From an uncultured Chloroflexia bacterium (GTDB taxonomy: Bacteria; Chloroflexota; Limnocylindria; Limnocylindrales; CSP1-4), in contig CAVXPZ010000001.1 of assembly GCA_963763775.1 (NCBI GenBank), forward strand, positions 1,408,001-1,472,000: DNA of 64,000 nt, given 5' to 3'. Numbering within the stretch: the first letter of the stretch is position 1; each line of letters opens with the position of its first letter. The notes beneath the pieces are model-generated. The model saw nothing but the letters and a program-made list of their open reading frames with translations. It was not told where the DNA came from and did no database searches. The position numbers were made by a program, and so were the translations under genes. Shown one piece after another: positions 43,905-53,703 of the stretch.

Positions 43905-44152
43905 CGCAATGCCTGGACGATCTCCTGGACGTTCCAGGTCATCATCGAGAGGTAGCTGTCGTACGGCGCCGGTCCGACGGTGTCGTTGAACAGCGTGGTC
44001 ACGACGTTGGAGATCCCGGCCTCGTCGGCGAGGGTCTGGGCGAGCTTGGGGCTGAACTGCGACTCCGAGAACACGGCCTTGACGCCGGCGGCCTTGACCG
44101 TCTGCACGAGGTTCGCGAGCTCTGACGCCGTCGGCTCCTGTCCGACGTTGGC
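43901..44152 (-). pseudogene. C-terminal remnant (about 83 aa) of Zn/Mn ABC substrate-binding protein
   Basis: GQEPTASELANLVQTVKAAGVKAVFSESQFSPKLAQTLADEAG..YLSMMTWN; upstream about two-thirds absent. Confidence 0.8.
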
Positions 44153-44777
44153 AGGGTCAGCGTCTCGAGCAGCGATCGAAGGACCGCCTCGTCGGCGGCG
44201 TCGTCGTGCGCCGTCGACTCCATCGAGAGCGTGAGGCCCTCGCCGCCGTCGATGATCTCCACGTTCAGGTAGTGGATGACGTACGGGTCGATGTGGAGGT
44301 GGTAGCGCGTGAGCCGCGCGGTCTTGCCCGCGACCATCAGCAGGTCCGTGGACTCGACGGTCGTCTGATGGTCGGTCGCCAGATGCTGGCCGATCGCGCA
44401 CGACCACGTGTCGAGGGTCGCCCCGGGCGCCAGACGTCTCGCTCACGACGCTGAGGATCCGCCCGTCCTTGCCCTGGAACGTGTCGACACCGGGCTCGTT
44501 CGGGTGGAGGCCGCCGGCGCCCGGGCACCTCGGTGACGGTCCAGCCCGCGGGAACGGTCAGGCCGTAGCCGTAGCGGTCGGAGCGGAACGGCGTGCCGGC
44601 CACGGCGGTCGCGGCGTCGGTCGCCGTCCGCAGCGATCGGTCGGCCCTGCGGTGGGCGCGGGGCTCGGAACGACGGCTGCGGGGCCTGGGGCCGCCGGCG
44701 CCGCCACCGGCCTGACATGCCGCGACGAGCGAGAGGGTCATGGCCAGCGCGACGAGACCGCGACGCAGACCCGTCAG
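44153..44777 (-). CDS. lipoprotein with multiple frameshifts, truncated at junction with the SBP remnant
   Basis: RRGLVALAMTLSLVAAC lipobox; YGYGLTVPAGW; C-terminal part LMVAGKTARL..LRSLLETLTLP. Confidence 0.55.
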
Positions 44778-45556
44778 CGGACGGTGCGCTCCGTGGCGCG
44801 CGCGTCGGCGATCGGCGCCCGGAGGAGGGCCACGATCTCGTCGGGGTCGTCGGCGATCTGGATCAGGGCCAGGTCCGCGGGCGAGACGGCGCCGGCCGCC
44901 AGCGCCGTGTCGCGGATCCAGTCGAGGAGCCCGGCCCAGTACGCTCGCCCGACGAGGACCACCGGGAAGTGCCGGACCTTGCCCGTCTGGATCAGCGTCA
45001 GCGACTCGAACAGCTCGTCGAGCGTCCCGAAACCGCCGGGCAGGATCACGAACCCGTCCGCGTACTTCACGAACATCGTCTTGCGCGCGAAGAAGTAGCG
45101 GAACTCGACCCCGAGGTCGACGTACGGATTGAGGGACTGCTCGTGCGGCAGCTCGATGTTGCAGCCGACCGACAGCCCGCCGCCCTCCTGGCAGCCGCGG
45201 TTCGCCGCCTCCATCGTCCCCGGCCCGCCGCCGGTGATCACGGCGTACCCGGCCTCGGCGAGCTTGCGGCCGATCGTCCGCGCCAGCTCGTACCCCGGGT
45301 CCTCGCGCTTGGTCCGGGCGGACCCGAAGACCGTGATCGCCGGGCCGACCTCGGCCATCGCGTCGAAGCCGTCCACGAACTCCGAGAGGATGCGCAGCAC
45401 GCGCCACGGATCGGTGTCGAGGAAGGTGGGCGCAGGGTGCCGTTCGAGGAACCGCTGGTCCTCGGTCGCGCCGCCGTCGCGTCCGAGCCGCTCGGCGGCC
45501 TCGGGCGTGACGCGCATGCGTCCGGCGCGGCGCGTCCCGGGGCGTGTCGGTTCCAT
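44774..45556 (-). CDS. LOG family (TIGR00730) nucleotide 5'-monophosphate nucleosidase
   Basis: FGSAR, TGGGPGTM, YFFARKTMF, PGGFGTLDELFE. Confidence 0.92.
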   Translation of the reverse strand: MEPTRPGTRRAGRMRVTPEAAERLGRDGGATEDQRFLERHPAPTFLDTDPWRVLRILSEFVDGFDAMAEVGPAITVFGSARTKREDPGYELARTIGRKLAEAGYAVITGGGPGTMEAANRGCQEGGGLSVGCNIELPHEQSLNPYVDLGVEFRYFFARKTMFVKYADGFVILPGGFGTLDELFESLTLIQTGKVRHFPVVLVGRAYWAGLLDWIRDTALAAGAVSPADLALIQIADDPDEIVALLRAPIADARATERTVR

Positions 45557-45586
45557 CGGGGCTAGGATGCCACCGCGGAGGTAGCT

Positions 45587-45778
45587 GTGCGGAATCGCTT
45601 GATCATCGCGGGTGTGCTCATCGTCATCGGGCTCGTGTGGATGGGACAGGGCTCGGGCGTGATCCCGGGCTCGGGCTTCATGACCAACGACATGCGCTGG
45701 GCGATCATCGGGCTCGTGGTCTTCCTCGTCGGCGCCGGGATCGGGGCGTCCGCCGTCATCCGCCGCTCGAGGGTTTGA
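45587..45778 (+). CDS. small 2-TM membrane protein
   Basis: GLVWMGQGSGVIPGSGFM..WAIIG; RBS GGAGG. Confidence 0.75.
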   Translation: MRNRLIIAGVLIVIGLVWMGQGSGVIPGSGFMTNDMRWAIIGLVVFLVGAGIGASAVIRRSRV

Positions 45779-46154
45779 GCCAGGCGGTCCACACCGCCTC
45801 CGCGACACCGACGGTCACCGCGTTGCCGTGGCGGACGAGGGGCAGGCGGAGGAGCCGGGCGTCGGCGAGCACCCGCTGCGTGACGCCCTGGTCGTCCAGG
45901 CTCAGGTAGCCCAGACCAGCATCCGAGTACGCCTTCGACGTGTCGTCGAGGACGGCTCGGGCACCCAGACGCTCGGTGAACCGGCGGAGCTCGCCCGGCG
46001 CGATCGGGCGCTTCCGCAGGTCGACGTAGTGGACGACGATCCGGCGCTCCCGGAAGAAGCGGAGCGCGGCCCTCGTCGCGGACGAGTCGTCGCGCCCGAA
46101 GACCTGGATGTCGGGCATCTTCTTCGTCGGGACCTTGCCGAGCGGCGCCGGCAC
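45756..46154 (-). CDS. ArsC/Spx/MgsR family protein
   Basis: IQVFG..TRAALRFFRERRI..GELRRF..LLRLPLVR. Confidence 0.82.
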   Translation of the reverse strand: MPAPLGKVPTKKMPDIQVFGRDDSSATRAALRFFRERRIVVHYVDLRKRPIAPGELRRFTERLGARAVLDDTSKAYSDAGLGYLSLDDQGVTQRVLADARLLRLPLVRHGNAVTVGVAEAVWTAWLKPSSGG

Positions 46155-46282
46155 GTCAGGACGCCTCCGCGGATCCGGCGCGGGTCCAGCGATCGTGGCG
46201 CAGCCGTCGTGGCAACGGTGTGGGCATCGGCGGAAGGGTAGCGCGACGACCGGGTACCATCGCGGGACATAGGAGGTGCCTC

Positions 46283-46570
46283 GTGACGGTCTGGTTCACG
46301 GTCCAGCTCGACGATCGGCCGGGTTCGCTCGCCCGCGTCGCGAACGCGCTCGCCGAGCGCGGCGTGAACATCACCGGGATCGTCGGCGTGGCCGAGGACA
46401 CCGACGGCGCGCTCATGCTCACCACCTCCGACGCGGCCGCGACGCGTGACGCGTTCGGCGGCCTGGGTCTGGCGTTCGAGGAGCACGACCCGACCGGCGG
46501 GATCGAGCCGAGCCAGCTGTCCGTCGACGACCTGCGCCCCGGGGCCGCCGGTCGCGGTTCGCTCGCCTAG
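46283..46570 (+). CDS. stand-alone ACT-domain protein
   Basis: VQLDDRPGSLARVANALAERGVNI; RBS AGGAGG. Confidence 0.85.
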   Translation: MTVWFTVQLDDRPGSLARVANALAERGVNITGIVGVAEDTDGALMLTTSDAAATRDAFGGLGLAFEEHDPTGGIEPSQLSVDDLRPGAAGRGSLA

Positions 46571-46579
46571 CCAGACCCT

Positions 46580-47258
46580 GTGCCCAGACGTCGCGCGGCC
46601 GAGACGGCCGCCATCCGCTTCGATGCCGTCGATCGTGCCGCGGCCATCACGACGATCATCGCGCGCCGCCGCGGAGCTCGGCGGCCGCGTCCGCAATCTC
46701 GCGACCGTCCGCCACATCGAGGGCGACCCGCCCCTCGTCGAGATCGAGCTCGAGGTGGAGGGCGTCTCCGAGGAGGCGCTCGCCGCCGCGCTGGACCGAC
46801 TCGAGGACGTGCACGCCGTCCACCTGACGCAGGCACTGGGCAGCGTCTTCGGGAAGCGGATCATCGTGGTCGGGGGCGGGGCGCAGGTGGCCCAGGTCGC
46901 GCTCGGCGCGGTGAGCGAGGCCGACCGCCACAACCTGCGCGGCGAGCGCATCTCGGTGGACACGATCCCGCTCGTCGGCGAGGCGCACATCGCGGCGGCC
47001 GTTCGGGCCGTGGCCGACCTGCCGCGAGCGAAGCTGCTGGTCCTCGCGGGCTCGATCATGGGCGGCGACATCAGCGTCGCGGCCGAGGAGCTGCGCGCGG
47101 TCGGGATCCCGATCATCGCGCTCAACATGGTCGGCTCGATCACCGAGCACGTGGACCTGGTGATCTCGGACCCGGTCCAGGCCGGGACGATGGCGGTGAT
47201 GGCGGTGGCCGACACGGCCACGTTCGACCTGGAGCGGCAGCGCGGCCGCCGGTACTGA
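46580..47258 (+). CDS. ACT-like plus DUF5612 protein (MJ1458-like; frameshift near 46662)
   Basis: FGKRIIVVGGGAQVAQVALGAVSEADRHNLRGERISVDTIPLVGE..LAGSIMGG..SDPVQAGTMAVM. Confidence 0.8.
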
Positions 47259-47291
47259 CCGCGGGCGCGGGCCGGGTCAGCGGCTCGCCCG

Positions 47292-48998
47292 TCAGCGACC
47301 GGCGGCGATCTCCTCGGGCAACCAGAACCAGCGCAGCGACTCGAAGTCCGTGCCGACGGTCATCGGCTCGGGCGCCGGCGGTGGGCCGAGCGCCGCGACC
47401 GGGTCGGCCATGATCCGCTCGGCCTCGGCGAGATAGCCCGCGAGGCTCGATTCCGGCTCACGGTGGCGGTGCGCCGGGTAGTGCAATCCGGACGCGTCGT
47501 ACGTGATGTCGTCGAGGGAGAGCGGCGGCTCCGGGGAGCCCGCGGCATGGCGCCACAGCCCGGTGGCAGGCTCGAAGCGGTACCACGGCACGAGCCGCCA
47601 GCCCTCGCGGGCGACGAGCGCGACGGCGCGCACGAGGAAGTCGAACACCGCCTCACTGATGAAGTAGTTGAAGTTCACCCGGATCCAGCCGGGTTTGATC
47701 CCCTCGCAGCCGCGCGAGATCTCGCGCTCGAAGGCGTGCGACGTCTCGATGTCGATGCCGAGCAGGCGATGACCGTACGGCCCGGCGCACGAGCAGCCGC
47801 CGCGCGACTGGATCCCGAACAGGTCGTTGAGCAGCGCGACGACGAAGTTGTGGTGCAGGTAGCGGCCGTCGTGGCGGATCGTGAAGGACACGATCGAGAG
47901 TCGTGGCAGCGCCGGGTTCCCGAGGAGGCCGATCGCCGACTCGTCGGCCCACGCGGCCATGGCCCGACCGATGAACGCTTCCTCGAGCTCGCGGATGGTC
48001 TCGCTGCCGACCCGCTCCTTGAGCTGGAACGCGAGCCCGGCACGGATCGATTCGACGATGGCCGGCGTCCCTCCCTCCTCGCGATGCTCCGGGTCGGCGA
48101 GGTACACGTGCTCGAGCGGGTTGACGTAGGCGACCGTGCCACCGCCCGGTGCCGCGGGCACGCGGTTGCGGAACAGCTCGCGCCGGGCCACGAGGACGCC
48201 GGGCGTGCCGGTCCCGCCGATGAACTTGTGCGGGCTCAGCACGATCGCGTCCTTGTAGTCGAGCTCGGCGTCCGGCCCCGGGCGGTGCGGGGCCATCTCG
48301 ATGTCGACGTACGGCCCGGCGGCGGCGAAGTCCCAGAACGACAGGGCGCCGTGCCGATGGAGCAGGACCGAGATGGCGCGCGTATCCGAGAGGATCCCGG
48401 TCACGTTCGATGCGGCCGAGAACGACCCGATCCGGAGCCGGCGGTCGGAGGTCTCCTCGAGCGCCCGCTCGAGTCGGGCGAGGTCGATCCGCCCGTCGGC
48501 GTCCTCGCCGATCGTGACCACGTCCGCGATCGACTCGCGCCACGGCAGCTCGTTGCTGTGATGCTCGTACGGCCCGATGAAGACGAGCGGGCGCTCGTCG
48601 AGCGGGATGTGCGAGCGGAGCGCGTACCGGTCGTCGAGGTCGTTGGGGATCCGCAGGTTGAGGACGTCGACCAACTTGTTGATCGCCGCCGTCATCCCGG
48701 AGCCGCAGAAGATGACGGCGTGATCGGCGGTGCCGCCGACCGCATCGCGGATGATCCGCCTGGCCTCCTCGCGGAAGCGGCTCGTCTGGAGCCCGGTCCC
48801 GGACGATTCGGTGTGCGTGTTCGCATAGAGCGGCAGGACGGCGTCGCGCAGGTAGTCCTCGATGAACGACAGGGCGCGGCCCGACGCGGTGTAATCGGCG
48901 TACGTGACCCGCCGGATGCCGAACGGGCCAGCCACGGCCTCGTCGTCACCGATCACCGAGTCGCGGATGAGCTCGACCAGGGCGTCGGGGTCGGTCAT
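47292..48998 (-). CDS. aminotransferase class V PLP enzyme (cysteine desulfurase-like)
   Basis: YADYTASGR, EHHSNELPW, ASNVTG, SPHKF, RGGCSCAGPY. Confidence 0.88.
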   Translation of the reverse strand: MTDPDALVELIRDSVIGDDEAVAGPFGIRRVTYADYTASGRALSFIEDYLRDAVLPLYANTHTESSGTGLQTSRFREEARRIIRDAVGGTADHAVIFCGSGMTAAINKLVDVLNLRIPNDLDDRYALRSHIPLDERPLVFIGPYEHHSNELPWRESIADVVTIGEDADGRIDLARLERALEETSDRRLRIGSFSAASNVTGILSDTRAISVLLHRHGALSFWDFAAAGPYVDIEMAPHRPGPDAELDYKDAIVLSPHKFIGGTGTPGVLVARRELFRNRVPAAPGGGTVAYVNPLEHVYLADPEHREEGGTPAIVESIRAGLAFQLKERVGSETIRELEEAFIGRAMAAWADESAIGLLGNPALPRLSIVSFTIRHDGRYLHHNFVVALLNDLFGIQSRGGCSCAGPYGHRLLGIDIETSHAFEREISRGCEGIKPGWIRVNFNYFISEAVFDFLVRAVALVAREGWRLVPWYRFEPATGLWRHAAGSPEPPLSLDDITYDASGLHYPAHRHREPESSLAGYLAEAERIMADPVAALGPPPAPEPMTVGTDFESLRWFWLPEEIAAGR

Positions 48999-49057
48999 CG
49001 CCGCATCGTAGCCCCTTGCGCGGTCCGCCACCCCATCGACCGGGTACCCTCATGGCC

Positions 49058-49972
49058 ATGCGCATCGCGACCTGGAACGTCAACTCCCTCAAGGCCCGGC
49101 AGGAGGCGGTCGAACGCTGGCTGGAGCGGGCCGCCCCGGACATCCTGCTCATGCAGGAGACCAAACTCACCGACGACGACGCCCCGGTCATGGCGTTCGC
49201 GATGGCCGGCTATCAGCTCGTCCACCACGGGGAGGGCCGCTGGAACGGGGTCGCGATCGCCGTCCGGGACGGCCTCCCGGTCTCGGACGTGGTCACGAAC
49301 TTCGGCGACGGTCCGGTCCGCGACTCGGGGCCGGGCTCGTCGGCGGCCGACGGCGGCGAGGACGACTTCGACCCGTTCGACGAGGCGCGGATGCTGGCGG
49401 CGACCGTCGGCGGCATCCGGGTCGTGAGCCTGTACGCGCCGAACGGACGGGTCGTCGATTCGCCCTTCTACACCGGCAAGCTCGCCTGGTTCGCCCGTCT
49501 CGCGCGGTGGATCGGGGACGATCTGGCTGCGGGCGCCGGCGGCGCCGGTGGATCCATGGTGCTCGGCGGGGACCTCAACGTCGCGCCCACCGATGTGGAC
49601 GTGTGGGATCCGAAGGCCGCGCACGGGGGCACGCACGTCTCCGAGCCGGAGCGGGCGGCCTTCCGGGCACTGCTCGCGGCCGGGCTGACCGACGCCTACC
49701 GGGCTCGGCACGAGGAGCCGCGACGGTTCACGTGGTGGGACTACCGCGCCGGCATGTTCCACAAGAACTTCGGGATGCGGATCGACCACCTGCTCGTCAC
49801 GCCGGCGATCGAGGCAAGGGTCGTCGACGCGGAGATCGACCGCCAGGCACGGAAGGGGCCGCCCGTCCCCTCCGACCACGCGCCACTCTCGATCGACCTC
49901 GACGAGCCGGGCCGACCGTTCGATCCCGACTGGGACGGGGCGCTCGCACGGATCGCGTCGCGCAGCCGCTGA
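49058..49972 (+). CDS. xth: exodeoxyribonuclease III
   Basis: ATWNVNS, QETK, YAPNG, GDLNVAP, TWWDYR, RIDH, SDHAP. Confidence 0.94.
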   Translation: MRIATWNVNSLKARQEAVERWLERAAPDILLMQETKLTDDDAPVMAFAMAGYQLVHHGEGRWNGVAIAVRDGLPVSDVVTNFGDGPVRDSGPGSSAADGGEDDFDPFDEARMLAATVGGIRVVSLYAPNGRVVDSPFYTGKLAWFARLARWIGDDLAAGAGGAGGSMVLGGDLNVAPTDVDVWDPKAAHGGTHVSEPERAAFRALLAAGLTDAYRARHEEPRRFTWWDYRAGMFHKNFGMRIDHLLVTPAIEARVVDAEIDRQARKGPPVPSDHAPLSIDLDEPGRPFDPDWDGALARIASRSR

Positions 49973-50305
49973 ACGGTCGTCGGCCGGGCTTGGTCTCGTC
50001 ACGCGGTGCGAACCTCGCGGCACGGCATCCCATGTCGCGGTCGGGCATGATCATCTGCCGGTAGTCACCAGTCGACCCGGTGTGCGGCGACCGGACGCGG
50101 ATACGCTTCGCGGATCAGTCACTCGGGTGACGTCGCGGACCGCGCGAACGGCCGATCAGGCGTTCTGCCGACCTCGGATGCCGTCCTCGACGCTCCCCAG
50201 GGCTCGACGGCCGGAAGCCGAGGCAGGATGCGGAGCAGGACGGCGGGTGCTCGGGACGGCGGGCCGGATGTCGGCGAGGCGGCGAGAGTGCGCGCGCGCC
50301 CGGCG

Positions 50306-51887
50306 CTACGCGATCGTGTGGCGCGGGATCCAGCCGACGGTGCCGTCGGGCGTGCGGACCTGCAGGAAGCCCTCGTAGGAGTCGACCAGCTCCACCTCGT
50401 CGCCCCGGTCGAGCCGACCGAGTTCGCGTGAGCTCACGTCGTCCGGGGCGTCGCTGAGGCGGACCCGGCGGTACCCCATCTTGAGGCGTTCGACGCCCTT
50501 CGCCGGCGGCTTGTCGAAGACGACCGGCCCGGTCGCGGTGGAGGCCGAGGCCGCGGTCGCGGCGGCACGAGCGGCGGCGGCCGTGGTCACGGCAGCCAGC
50601 GGCGCATCGTCGTCGATGGCTTGCGGCGCGGCGGCGATCGTGCTCTTCGCGGTGCGCTTGCCACCCTTCGCCTTCTTCGGGTTCGCATCAGCGTCCGCGG
50701 CGGCGGCCGCGACAACGGCCGGCGCGATGGGCGTGGGCGGTGGCGCGGTCTCGACGGCCGGCGCCTTCGGGACGGCGGCCGCCTTCTTCGGCTTCGGGGC
50801 GTTCTTCGGCGCCGTCGGAGGTGCGGTCGGCGGCATCCGCATCGCGTCCCCGCCCCCGGTCGGGAACGGTGCCGCCAACGCGAGGGCACCCTGGCCATCG
50901 GGCTCGCGGTCGCGCTGCCGGCGCATCAGGAACATGAAGAGCAGCACCCCGCCAGCACTGGCGATGAGCCAGGCGAGGAACGGGTTGGGGCTGGTGACGA
51001 AGCCGAGGTCGAGTGAGGCCGTGGGCGACCCGTTGCCCGGGCTGCCGTCGTCACCGCCACCGGTGGTCGCCGCGCCGGCCGCCGAGGGCGAGCCATCGGG
51101 GTGCGACGCGCTGCCGGGATCGGATGACGTCGGACCGACGGGCACGATCACGACCGCTTCGGCCGTGGCGGACGGGCTCGGGGACGCCGCGTCCACGATC
51201 GCCGTGCTCGGCGAGGACGTGGGCGTCGGATGGACCGTCGAGAGGGCCTTCACCGTCGGTTTCGGCGTGGCCTTGACCGTCGGCCTGGCGGTGGCCTTGG
51301 CCGTCGGCTTCGGTGTCGCCTTCGCCGTCGGCTTGGGGGTGGGTTTGGGCGTCGGCTTCGGTGTCGGCTTGGGGGTGGGGGCTCGGCGTGGGCTTGGGCG
51401 TCGGGGTCGGCGTCGGGACAGGGGTGGGGGTCGGGACCGGTGTCGGCGTCGGCGGCGGTGACACCGTGATCGAGCCGCCGGAGACCTCGCAGGTCAGGGG
51501 CGGCGTGACGGTCTGCGTCCCCGGCGTGACCCGGAAGGTCACGGCCCAGGTGCCCGCCGGCCGGGTGAACGTCCGCGAGTACACCGCGCCGGTCGTCAGG
51601 TTGCCGGAGGCAGGATTGAGCCGCCGCGACGTCCCGTCGGAGAAGTAGACGCGGATCGAGTCCGGCACATCCCCCGCGTTGTCCTGGTAGGTCACCGAGA
51701 ACGTGAAGTTCGTGGTGGTCGTGCCCGAGCCGGGTGAGACGCTCGGGTTGGTCAGGCTGCCGTTGTCGGGGCAGCTGACGGCCAGGACCGGGACCACGAA
51801 CAGCGGCAGCAACGCGAGCACAGAGAACGCGACAGCCAGGGCTGCCGCGCGATCCAGTCTTCGTCGATGTCCGCTGGTCTTCGTCAA
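50306..51887 (-). CDS. secreted/surface protein: signal peptide, Ig-like domain, PT/PK linker, TM, C-terminal SH3b (frameshift in G-run near 51378)
   Basis: TTG start with GGAGAGG; FTFSVTYQD..; PTPKPT repeats; FLAWLIASAGGVLLFMFLMRR; LGRLDRGDEVELV..VRTPDGTVGWIP. Confidence 0.72.
51250..51452 (-). repeat. coding low-complexity repeat (PTPV/PTPK/PTAK units)
   Basis: Degenerate 12-nt units such as GTCGGCTTCGGT. Confidence 0.7.
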
Positions 51888-52039
51888 AGGTCCTCTCCGA
51901 GGGTGCCGCTCGACCGTAGGCGATACACGCGCAGGCGTCCTCGGTCCCAATGGCCTGAGCGGCCGGTACTTTGGTCTCGGTGCGGGGTGGCACCCCTGTG
52001 GCGACCATCAGGCGAGTCGGACTCCGCACTTGGCAGACC

Positions 52040-53665
52040 GTGCCCGATCACCTCGCCGAACCCGTCCCGGCGCATGACGTCGCGACCGCAGAGAGCATCC
52101 GCCGCCGGACCACCCGGGTCCTCGCGGTGCTCTTCGTCGCGCTCATGGGCATCGCGGCGATCGAGGGATTCTGGCCGGGCGGCCCGGATCGCCTTCTGGC
52201 GATCGTGTTCCTCGTCGCGGCGGCCATCGTGCTGCCGATCGTGATGGCGCGCCTCGCCGAGCCGATCCTGCGCGACGTCCAGCGGCTCGAGGACGATCGC
52301 ACGCGCCTCGTCGACATGTACGGACGCGCGCGAGAGGACTCCCTCATCGACGCCCTGACCGGGCTCGGCAACCACCGCGCGTTCCAGGAGGAGCTCAGCC
52401 GGCAGCTCGAACAGGCGACGCGCCACGGCACGACGCTCTCGATCCTGCTCGTCGACGTCGACGACCTCAAGAAGGTCAACGACGAGCGCGGTCATGCCAA
52501 CGGCGACGAGCTGCTCGCCGGTCTCGGGCGGATCACCACGAACGCGATCCGGCGCGGCGACCGCGCCTTCCGTGTGGGCGGCGACGAGTTCGCCGTGATC
52601 CTCCCGAACGCCGACATCGAGACGGGGCTCGTCGTCGCCCGCCGGATGCTCGCGAGCGCCTTGAACGGTGGCTACGCCGGCGGCGGGCCCGTCGAGCCGT
52701 TCTCGCTCTCGATCGGGATCTCGGCGTACCCGACGCCGAGCACCCAGGGCGGCCTGCTCTATCGACATGCCGACGCCGCCTTGTACTGGTGCAAGCGCCA
52801 CGGGCGGACCAATGCGGTCGCGTACGACCCGGGCCGCCACGGCGTCTCACCGGACGAGCGGTCGATCGAGGACGTCTCGGCGGCCCTCGGGACCATCCTC
52901 GCGGAGCGGTCGCTGCGGCCCGTGTACCAGCCGATCTTCTCGATGACGACCGGCGCCGTGATCGGCTACGAAGGGCTCATCCGACCCACCGATGGGTCAC
53001 CGATGGCCGATGCGAGCACGCTGTTCGCGGCCGCCGAACGCGCCGACCGGACCGTCGAGCTCGACATGGCCTGCCTGTCGGTCGTCGCGGACGGCCTCAA
53101 CGGCCTCGACGACGGCGTCTACCTGAGCGTGAACCTGTCGCCGCGCACCCTCGAATCCGACCAGTTCCACCCGATCGAGCTGACCGCGATCTTCGGCCGT
53201 CGCGGGATCAAGCCCGAGCAGCTCGTGATCGAGCTCACCGAGCGCGAGGAGGTCCAGGACCTCCAGCAGCTCCGACGGAATGCCGCCGCCTGCCGGCGCG
53301 CCGGGATGCGCCTCGCCGCCGACGACGTCGGGGCGGGCAACGCGGGGCTTCGCCTCCTGAGCGAGATCCACTTCGACATCGTCAAGGTGGACCTGTCGCT
53401 GGTGCAGGGCGGGATCCTGCATGACCCCTCGCACGGCGTGCTCCGCGCGCTCCAGGAGCTCGCCGCCCGCTGGAGCGCGACGATCATCGCGGAGGGCGTC
53501 GAGACCAGCGAGCAGCTCGCGGTCATCCGCGACCTGGGCATCACTGCCGGTCAGGGCTATCTGCTCGGTCGACCCACCCGCGAGCGCCACGTCGAACCGC
53601 TCGACCTCGACGCCCTGATGCCCGAGGAGCCCTGGGAAGCCGAAGAAGGCTCGCCCGCCGCCTGA
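52040..53665 (+). CDS. membrane-anchored GGDEF-EAL diguanylate cyclase/phosphodiesterase
   Basis: 2 TM; [13 protein letters not shown]-site, RVGGDEF; EGL, ELTE, DDVGAG, KVD, EGVET. Confidence 0.92.
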   Translation: MPDHLAEPVPAHDVATAESIRRRTTRVLAVLFVALMGIAAIEGFWPGGPDRLLAIVFLVAAAIVLPIVMARLAEPILRDVQRLEDDRTRLVDMYGRAREDSLIDALTGLGNHRAFQEELSRQLEQATRHGTTLSILLVDVDDLKKVNDERGHANGDELLAGLGRITTNAIRRGDRAFRVGGDEFAVILPNADIETGLVVARRMLASALNGGYAGGGPVEPFSLSIGISAYPTPSTQGGLLYRHADAALYWCKRHGRTNAVAYDPGRHGVSPDERSIEDVSAALGTILAERSLRPVYQPIFSMTTGAVIGYEGLIRPTDGSPMADASTLFAAAERADRTVELDMACLSVVADGLNGLDDGVYLSVNLSPRTLESDQFHPIELTAIFGRRGIKPEQLVIELTEREEVQDLQQLRRNAAACRRAGMRLAADDVGAGNAGLRLLSEIHFDIVKVDLSLVQGGILHDPSHGVLRALQELAARWSATIIAEGVETSEQLAVIRDLGITAGQGYLLGRPTRERHVEPLDLDALMPEEPWEAEEGSPAA

Positions 53666-53703
53666 ACGCGGCGTGGCCCGGCCGAGCTCGCCCCGGCCAC
53701 GCC

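Noticed and set aside
49973-50305. 330-bp intergenic gap as a possible ncRNA
   Set aside because: No recognisable RNA motif, promoter or long stem found by eye
51250-51452. Repetitive DNA as a possible CRISPR array or VNTR
   Set aside because: Degenerate codon repeats of a Pro/Thr linker; no spacers or cas genes
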